Below are positions 55,496 to 61,587 of a stretch of DNA of 61,587 nucleotides, piece by piece. The stretch is from contig JADFYF010000003.1 of assembly GCA_015233165.1 (NCBI GenBank), positions 1 to 61,587 of the forward strand, in the 5' to 3' direction. The position numbers were made by a program, and so were the translations under genes. Each line of letters starts with the position of its first letter. Position 1 is the first letter of the stretch. Source of the stretch: Candidatus Omnitrophota bacterium. GTDB taxonomy: Bacteria; Omnitrophota; Gorgyraeia; Zapsychrales; Fredricksoniimonadaceae. The notes below the pieces were generated by a model. That model was not told where the DNA came from. It did not search any database and saw only the letters and a list, made by a program, of their open reading frames with translations.

Positions 55496-56410
55496 CTACG
55501 TTTTTAACATTGATACGATCGTTTGCACATTATACCGAATCATCTTGATATAGGTCTCTGCAGGACTTCCCTTACTTCCAAGAGCATCCGTATATAAGGA
55601 AGGGGCCAGTTCAATATTAGCTTCCTTGGCTAAGGAAGTGATCACCTTGGAATTTTGAATGTTCTCGGCAAAAACAGCATGAACCCCTGTTTTCTTAATC
55701 TTAGCGATCAATTGAGCCATATCTCGGGCCGAAGGGTCTTCAGCTTCCGTGGTCGCTGAATCAAAAGCCGCCCCCACCAAAACAAATTGATACCTCTCGC
55801 AAAAATAACCAAGGCTATCATGATTCGTCACCAATTGACGCTGAGCCTTAGAAATCTGTGACGTCGCCCTTAAAATCCAACTGTCTAATTCCTGCAATTG
55901 AGCCAAATACATCTGAGTATTTTTCTCATAGATTTGCGCGTTGGCTGGATCCTGATTCTTAAGCGTTCGACTCAAACGTTTCACCATCCCTATCACATAA
56001 TGCACATTATGCCAGACATGGGGATCCATATCCTGATGATGCTCTCGACCTAATCGAAGAATCGTCAACGGCTGTTCGATAACCCCGCTCGTCAAGGCCA
56101 CCCTCTTGGCACGTGACTGAGATGCTGCAAATAATTTATCCATCCAATGCTCAAGCCCAAGGCCGATTTCAAAAACAATATCCGCCTTGGATAAAAGAAC
56201 ATTATCTAAAGGAGTTGGTTCAAAGGTGTGGACATCGCTATTAGGACCAACTAAGACGGTGAGATCCACCAAATCGCCAGCGACATTTCTCACCCAATCC
56301 TCGACAATACTGTTTGTTGCCACCACCTTTAGTTTTTCTGAAGCGCGTGCAACAACAGGAACAAAAAAACACAACAGACTAATGAGAAGAACAAACCAAA
56401 ACGTCTTCAT
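55496..56410 (-). CDS. Metal ABC transporter substrate-binding protein (ZnuA/TroA family)
   Basis: Signal peptide from the internal Met (MKTFWFVLLISLL...ARA). DPHVWHN motif. Confidence 0.85.
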   Translation of the reverse strand: MKTFWFVLLISLLCFFVPVVARASEKLKVVATNSIVEDWVRNVAGDLVDLTVLVGPNSDVHTFEPTPLDNVLLSKADIVFEIGLGLEHWMDKLFAASQSRAKRVALTSGVIEQPLTILRLGREHHQDMDPHVWHNVHYVIGMVKRLSRTLKNQDPANAQIYEKNTQMYLAQLQELDSWILRATSQISKAQRQLVTNHDSLGYFCERYQFVLVGAAFDSATTEAEDPSARDMAQLIAKIKKTGVHAVFAENIQNSKVITSLAKEANIELAPSLYTDALGSKGSPAETYIKMIRYNVQTIVSMLKT

Positions 56411-56651
56411 GGCACTCCTTGCATTCTTTCTTATTGTGATGCTTAGCCAATTCATTCCAGTGCTTCTTGCGATGAGGCGTTAAAACCCCTGTTCCACGAC
56501 AAAAAGGACAGACGCTATCTAAGGCCTCCAAAATAGCCACTCGGATAAACTCAGAGCGATTGGGAACTCCTTTTAATAATTTTACAATGGCCTTATCAAC
56601 TTTAAACGTAAGAACCTCAACATCTTTGAGTTCTTTAGGGGGCATCATCAT
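56379..56651 (-). CDS. Ribbon-helix-helix (CopG/Arc-like) protein with a Cys/His-rich C-terminus
   Basis: NRSEFIRVAILEAL RHH signature, then CPFCRGTG...HRKKHW...HHNKKECKECHEDVLVCSSH. Confidence 0.65.
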   Translation of the reverse strand: MMMPPKELKDVEVLTFKVDKAIVKLLKGVPNRSEFIRVAILEALDSVCPFCRGTGVLTPHRKKHWNELAKHHNKKECKECHEDVLVCSSH

Positions 56652-56679
56652 ATCTCCTTAGCCAACACACAGGCTTAAA

Positions 56680-56727
56680 GTATTACTTAGTAATACGAGA
56701 GTATACGAAAATTATGAATTTTGTCAA
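56680..56727 (-). promoter_or_regulatory. Sigma70 promoter plus palindromic operator upstream of the RHH/metal ABC operon
   Basis: Minus strand: TTGACA (56727-56722) - 16 nt - TATACT (56705-56700), followed by the palindrome gtattac-tta-gtaatac (56680-56696). Confidence 0.6.
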
Positions 56728-56732
56728 AAGAT

Positions 56733-57917
56733 TTAAAACCGCTGTTTATATTGGAGATAGATTTCCGACTCGTTGTCTTTCTGGGGCTGAGAAGACCCTA
56801 CGCCGGAAGAAGAGGATTCACTGTCCACTGGAAGAAACTTCCTAGCGACATTTAATGAGAATTTATCCGTTACATTCATCTGTCCCTCGAGAGTTCTAGA
56901 ATACGCCTGGGTGCGATCCTTCCCTAACTGAGACTGCCTTTCTTCAACTTCCATACCAACATTAAAAGTGTCCGTCAACTTCTTGCGTAACCCTATCCCC
57001 TGAGAACTGTCGATCCCCGACCAACTCTTTCCTGTCGCCAAGGCAATCATAATCTGTTCTTCCGACATCGGCGGGTCTGAATTAAAAACCAGCTTAGGCT
57101 TTTGAAAAGTTCCTTTAATAGCTAAATCAATCGCAATATCCTCAACCTTGCTGGAACCATGAATATCCAGAAGAAAATCACTGACATCCCCTTTAAAATT
57201 TACCTTACTGGTGGCTAGGTCAATGAGGACCTTCTCCACCTTAACTAAAGCGGATTCCATAATAATAAAACCTGTCATGGAGGGAACAGCACCTAAAGAA
57301 TTAATCGTCAAGTCTAAATGACTAAAACCATCACTAAGCTGGGTATTCTTAAACGCAAACTTGTCGACAAGAAAACTTCCCGTCAAGCGAGGAGAATTCA
57401 CAGGTCCTTCTACGACTAAATCCACATTACTGATAGAGCCATAAATATTCTTAGCAAGCTCATCATACCCCAAGGAAGATACAACCTGTTTCGCATCAAC
57501 ACCATGAGCGTAACAAGCTCCCTTTATTTTATTTTGAATAACTGTACCATGAAAAATAATCGGATCGGATAAGGGAAGAAATAGCGTCGCATTATTAATT
57601 CTTAAAGATGTTTGATCCCAATGAATCAAGGGAACCTGAATAGAAAGATCCTGAATACGAATAATCCCGTTTTTTAGATTGGGGATATGACTGATCGTCA
57701 CTCCTTTAAAAAGAAGCCCCTTCTCAATAGTCCCCTCATAACTACCGACGCTGATATTGCAGGAAGGAATAAAGCTTTCAATCAGACAGGTTGAAGCTAA
57801 CCTAGCCCCCCAGGTGGTTGTTAAAAAAACGTAGGCGGTCACACAAATAATAATCGATACCCAACACAAAAACATGAGCAATGAAAAAAGGAAACGTTTT
57901 AAATGATTTTTTCTCAT
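56733..57917 (-). CDS. Membrane-anchored beta-rich protein, possibly AsmA/TamB-like
   Basis: N-terminal TM anchor, long beta-rich body, C-terminal ...YLQYKQRF. The family call is tentative. Confidence 0.35.
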   Translation of the reverse strand: MRKNHLKRFLFSLLMFLCWVSIIICVTAYVFLTTTWGARLASTCLIESFIPSCNISVGSYEGTIEKGLLFKGVTISHIPNLKNGIIRIQDLSIQVPLIHWDQTSLRINNATLFLPLSDPIIFHGTVIQNKIKGACYAHGVDAKQVVSSLGYDELAKNIYGSISNVDLVVEGPVNSPRLTGSFLVDKFAFKNTQLSDGFSHLDLTINSLGAVPSMTGFIIMESALVKVEKVLIDLATSKVNFKGDVSDFLLDIHGSSKVEDIAIDLAIKGTFQKPKLVFNSDPPMSEEQIMIALATGKSWSGIDSSQGIGLRKKLTDTFNVGMEVEERQSQLGKDRTQAYSRTLEGQMNVTDKFSLNVARKFLPVDSESSSSGVGSSQPQKDNESEIYLQYKQRF

Positions 57918-57923
57918 GAATAA

Positions 57924-58514
57924 TTATTTTAAAGAGGAAATAATTTCAATAACTCCCTTGCGGATCATCATAACCCCGATCGCTGCCAGCAGCAAAGCCA
58001 TCACCTTAGACAAAGCTCTTGAACCACTAGTTCCAAGTAAACGAATCAAAATATCTGAGAAGAAAAAGACAACCGCAACAATCGCAATATTAGAAAGCAC
58101 CGCAATTAAAGCAATCCCGCTGCCAAATTGATTCGTCAACATCAAAGCCATCGTTAAAACCGCAGGCCCAACAATCAAAGGGGTCCCAATAGGCACCGCT
58201 CCGATATCCACACTTTTAGGATTACGGGTCGCTGACTCCTGCCCTAGCATATCTACCATCGATAGACAAAATAAAATCACCCCTCCAGCTATCATAAAAT
58301 CACCCATGCTGATGCCTAAAAAATTAAAAATAGCCTTCCCTAAAAAAATAAAACCTATAGCAACCAAGGACGCTGTCATCAACGACTGGATAATAATTCT
58401 ACGTTTCTGGTCTATCGTTAAATCCTGAGTCAGACCAGAAAAAATCGCCAAAATCCCTATAGGATCCATGGCAAAAAACATCGGTATAAAAGCAAGCAGT
58501 ATTTGATCCGTCAT
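57924..58514 (-). CDS. MarC-family (UPF0056) membrane protein
   Basis: AFIPMFFAMDPIGILAIFSGLT motif. The start at 58514 has a GAGGAA Shine-Dalgarno sequence. Confidence 0.8.
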   Translation of the reverse strand: MTDQILLAFIPMFFAMDPIGILAIFSGLTQDLTIDQKRRIIIQSLMTASLVAIGFIFLGKAIFNFLGISMGDFMIAGGVILFCLSMVDMLGQESATRNPKSVDIGAVPIGTPLIVGPAVLTMALMLTNQFGSGIALIAVLSNIAIVAVVFFFSDILIRLLGTSGSRALSKVMALLLAAIGVMMIRKGVIEIISSLK

Positions 58515-58608
58515 ATTTATTTCCTCAATCACTATTATAACATACCCCAAAGAAAAACCCCGCCTACACCTAAACAATGTAAGCAGGGCTTGTTCTTAAG
58601 GTCGAAAA

Positions 58609-58911
58609 CTATTGCTTCTTCCCTACAGGAGTCCCTTGTTCTGCTGCTACTTCAGCTTCCATTAATTTGGTATATTTCTCAGGATCCTTGTTAAAATCCT
58701 TTTCGCACATCGAACAGCACAAATTATAGATTTTTCCCTTATAGGTCACCTTATGAGGCTTCATGCCATTTTTGCCAACTTCTTCATGGCTGATGGGACA
58801 TGTTTTATTTTGAACTTCAACCATAGCAACATCAGCAGCAAAAGATTTCCCTAACAAACCTACGACTAAAACCAAGGATAGTAATAGAACTTTTTTCATG
58901 ACACCCTCCAA
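58609..58911 (-). CDS. Secreted YHS/TRASH-like metal-binding domain protein
   Basis: Signal peptide; CPISHEEV...YKGKIYNLCCSMCEKDFNKDPEKY. Confidence 0.7.
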   Translation of the reverse strand: MEGVMKKVLLLSLVLVVGLLGKSFAADVAMVEVQNKTCPISHEEVGKNGMKPHKVTYKGKIYNLCCSMCEKDFNKDPEKYTKLMEAEVAAEQGTPVGKKQ

Positions 58912-58982
58912 ATTGATTAAATGAATTTATGTAGTTTACCTTAATTTCACAGCCATAATCAAATATTTATCCTTCTTTATCA

Positions 58983-59007
58983 CAAGAAATTAGTTTTTCA
59001 TTTCTTG
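58983..59007. promoter_or_regulatory. Inverted repeat in the divergent YHS/NRAMP promoter region
   Basis: caagaaat - 9 nt - atttcttg. It overlaps a TTGCAA -35-like hexamer. Confidence 0.4.
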
Positions 59008-59011
59008 CAAC

Positions 59012-60310
59012 TTGCACCTCCTTTATTATATGATGTCCTCACCTATGAACTTGATCGACAAAATAAAAGAAAATAAAATCGTTAGAAATGTGGGATTCTT
59101 CCTGGCCATTCTTGGTCCTGGCATTATCACCGGCAGCGTTGACAATGATGCCGGAGGTATCACCACCTATTCTGTCGCCGGCGCCTCCTATGGCTATGGT
59201 CTCATCTGGACGTTGATCCCCTGCTTTATCGCCCTGATGGTCGTCCAGGAAATGAACCTGCGCATGGGAGTTTTTACAGGCAAAGGTCTGGCGGATCTTA
59301 TCCGCGAAAACTTCGGCGTTAAAATCACCTTCTGGATTTTCCTCGGTCTTCTGATTGCTGATCTGGGCAATACCGCTACCGAATTTGCCGGTATTGCGGG
59401 CAGTATGTCTATCTTTGGCATCAGCAAATACATTTCTGTTCCTCTGACTGGTATCAGCGTCTGGCTTCTTGTCACCAAAGGTAACTATAAAATCACTGAA
59501 CGTATTTTCTTAATATTTAGCGTCTGTCTTCTGTCCTATATCGTTTCAGCCATCTCTGCCAAACCCGATTGGCATCAAGTGGCCATGTCCTTTGTCAAAC
59601 CTGAGATCGAATGGAACAAAGAGTATTTCGGAATGGTCTTGGGACTCATTGGTACGACCATTGCTCCCTGGATGCAATTCTATATGCAATCCGCCGTTAT
59701 CGAAAAAGGTACCCATGAGGATGATTACAAATTAGCCATGCTTGATGTTACCGTCGGATGCGTTGCTACTATTGTTGTTGCCTTATTTATCATCGTCTCG
59801 TGCGCGACAACCTTGCATCAAAACAATATTGTCATTAATGAAGCCAAGGATGCAGCCATTTCACTCAAACCTTTCGCTGGAGCCCTAGCCGCCGAAGTCT
59901 TTGCCTTTGGTCTATTTGTTGCCTCTGTCTTTTCCGCGACCATCCTTCCGTTAGCAACCGCCTTTTATATCTGCGAAGCCTTTGGATTTGAAGCCGGCGT
60001 TGATAAACGCGTCGAAGATGCCCCTCAATTCTATATGCTCTTTGCCTTTATTCTCATCATTGGTATGGGAATAGTTCTTATCCCTAATGCTCCTTTAATC
60101 CCCATTACCATATGGACTCAAATTATCAATGCCATTCTCCTGCCTGTCGTTCTTATCTCCATGATTCTCATGGTGAATAATCCTGAGATCATGGGAGACA
60201 AGGTCAATAATAAATTCCAGAATACTATTGGCTGGACAACGACGACGGTCTTAATCATCCTGACCGTCTTCTTATTAGGCAGCACCCTTCAGAGTTTACT
60301 CCCTCACTAA
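59012..60310 (+). CDS. SLC11/NRAMP-family transporter with NRMT-like (Mg2+-type) site substitutions
   Basis: The TM1 motif reads DNDAGG where canonical MntH has DPGN. The TM6 motif reads GTTIAPW where canonical MntH has GA..MPH. The start codon is uncertain (59012-59045). Confidence 0.8.
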   Translation: MHLLYYMMSSPMNLIDKIKENKIVRNVGFFLAILGPGIITGSVDNDAGGITTYSVAGASYGYGLIWTLIPCFIALMVVQEMNLRMGVFTGKGLADLIRENFGVKITFWIFLGLLIADLGNTATEFAGIAGSMSIFGISKYISVPLTGISVWLLVTKGNYKITERIFLIFSVCLLSYIVSAISAKPDWHQVAMSFVKPEIEWNKEYFGMVLGLIGTTIAPWMQFYMQSAVIEKGTHEDDYKLAMLDVTVGCVATIVVALFIIVSCATTLHQNNIVINEAKDAAISLKPFAGALAAEVFAFGLFVASVFSATILPLATAFYICEAFGFEAGVDKRVEDAPQFYMLFAFILIIGMGIVLIPNAPLIPITIWTQIINAILLPVVLISMILMVNNPEIMGDKVNNKFQNTIGWTTTTVLIILTVFLLGSTLQSLLPH

Positions 60311-61587
60311 TTTAGTTGTTCTTTTCTTCCAGATATAATAAACCACCGGATAGATTAGTAGCTCCAGAACAAAGGATGTGATTAAACCTCCCACCATGGG
60401 AGCTGCAATGCGTTTCATCACATCGGATCCACTGCCATCCGACCACATAATCGGTAAAAGCCCCAGCAAAGCGGCCATCACCGTCATCATCTTTGGCCGA
60501 ACACGACGAACAGCTCCGTGCACCACGGCTTCCCGAAGATCACTCTCATTGTTCATCCGTTTAGCAGCCACGGCATCCTGATAAGAGATATCCAGAAATA
60601 GAAGCATCAGAACACCTGTTTCAGCGTCGAGCCCCATCAAGGCAATCATCCCCACCCAGACGGCAATCGAGACGTTGTAACCTAACGCCCACAACAACCA
60701 GACAGCCCCAATCAGCGAGAATGGAACAGCCATCAGAACAATGGCGGTCTTAGCCATGGAACGCGTATTGAAATACAGCAACAAAGAGATAATCAAGATC
60801 GTCAGAGGCAGAACTACCTTCAGACGCTCCTTAACCCGAAGCATATTCTCAAACTGCCCGCTCCAAATCAGACTATAGCCTTGCGGCGTCTTTAGATGAG
60901 CAGCCACCACCTTCTTGGCCTCCTCGACATAACTACCCACATCCCGACCTGCCACGTCGACATAGACATAACCTGCCAGCATGCCGTTTTCATTACGAAT
61001 CATCGCCGGACCTGTTCTTAGAACAATATCGGCAATCAAAGCGAGTGGAATCTGAGCGCCCGACGGTGTTGCGACCAACACGTGTTTCAACTTCTCAACA
61101 TCCTCCCTTGTCTCCTTAGGATAACGCACACTGATCCCATAGCGCGCCCGCCCTTCGATAGCGGTAGTCACATTCTCCCCGCCAATCGCCGACGAGATAA
61201 CCATCGAAGCATCGGCCACGGATAAACCATACCTTGCCAGCGCTTCTCGTTTCAAGTCAAAGTCGACGAAGTATCCTCCGGCCGTACGCTCGGCGTAGAC
61301 ACTTCTGGTCCCCGGAACATCTTTAATGATATGCTCAATCTGAACAGCAATCGATTCAATCGTCTTGATATCTTCTCCCATGACCTTGATCCCCACCGGC
61401 GTGCGAATCCCTGTGGAGAGCATATCAATACGATTCTTAATCGGCATCGTCCAGGCATTCGTTGTTCCTGGAATCTTCATCGCCCGATCCATCTGTTCAA
61501 TAAGCTCTTCATGAGTGATCGTCTTACCATTCACCTTACGCCACTGATCCTGAGGTTTCAGTTTGACCATGGTTTCCATCATGGAAA
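60296..61587 (-). CDS. CusA/CzcA-family heavy-metal RND efflux pump, C-terminal part (5' end outside the window)
   Basis: ...TMVKLKPQDQWRK...PIKNRIDMLSTGIRTPVGIKVMGED... is collinear with the CusA central and C-terminal region. The frame is still open at the window edge. Confidence 0.88.
   Translation of the reverse strand, partial: SMMETMVKLKPQDQWRKVNGKTITHEELIEQMDRAMKIPGTTNAWTMPIKNRIDMLSTGIRTPVGIKVMGEDIKTIESIAVQIEHIIKDVPGTRSVYAERTAGGYFVDFDLKREALARYGLSVADASMVISSAIGGENVTTAIEGRARYGISVRYPKETREDVEKLKHVLVATPSGAQIPLALIADIVLRTGPAMIRNENGMLAGYVYVDVAGRDVGSYVEEAKKVVAAHLKTPQGYSLIWSGQFENMLRVKERLKVVLPLTILIISLLLYFNTRSMAKTAIVLMAVPFSLIGAVWLLWALGYNVSIAVWVGMIALMGLDAETGVLMLLFLDISYQDAVAAKRMNNESDLREAVVHGAVRRVRPKMMTVMAALLGLLPIMWSDGSGSDVMKRIAAPMVGGLITSFVLELLIYPVVYYIWKKRTTKLVRE

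Noticed and set aside
60296-60310. 15-nt tail-to-tail overlap of the NRAMP-type gene and the RND pump gene
   Set aside because: Short convergent overlaps are common in compact genomes. No hairpin or other signal is visible in the overlap.

Overview
This is a visibly AT-rich bacterial chromosomal window with dense coding. Almost every gene is on the minus strand; only a tRNA-like gene and an NRAMP-family transporter are on plus. No transposase, integrase, CRISPR array, rRNA or phage gene is visible. From left to right the window contains the following. (1) A partial secreted hypothetical gene missing from the ORF track, then plsC, a tRNA-like gene and a phosphogluco/mannomutase. (2) A housekeeping string: rng, rplU, obg, proB, proA, nadD. 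(3) A large type IV pilus locus: MshEN-like protein, pilB, a pilB paralog, a second MshEN-like protein, pilC, a coiled-coil protein, two tandem pilins, then pilMNOPQ. (4) rodA plus a DsbA/MauE-like pair. (5) A storage-polymer block: malQ, GH57, a small wHTH gene, glgB, ROK glucokinase, ppk1, ppx. (6) A tightly packed 9-gene operon of mostly uncharacterised small proteins. Its centre is a ParA-type ATPase fused to an AMPK-beta/CBM48-like glycogen-binding module, and it ends in slyD. I consider this the best candidate for an undescribed system, possibly storage-granule positioning. (7) Two complete pst phosphate-uptake operons in tandem, each with phoU and a porin. All three promoter regions carry TTAA repeats phased at 11 bp. 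(8) A metal-homeostasis block: CBS protein, secreted FKBP, Znu/Tro-type ABC transporter with a small RHH/Cys-rich regulator, MarC, YHS protein, an NRAMP with an NRMT-like (Mg-type) site signature, and a partial CusA/CzcA. Several GC-rich palindromic repeat families sit in intergenic gaps, and one sits in-frame inside a CDS. Two 59-aa ORFs fall just under the ORF-track cutoff. All calls rest on motif recognition by eye; no searches were run.
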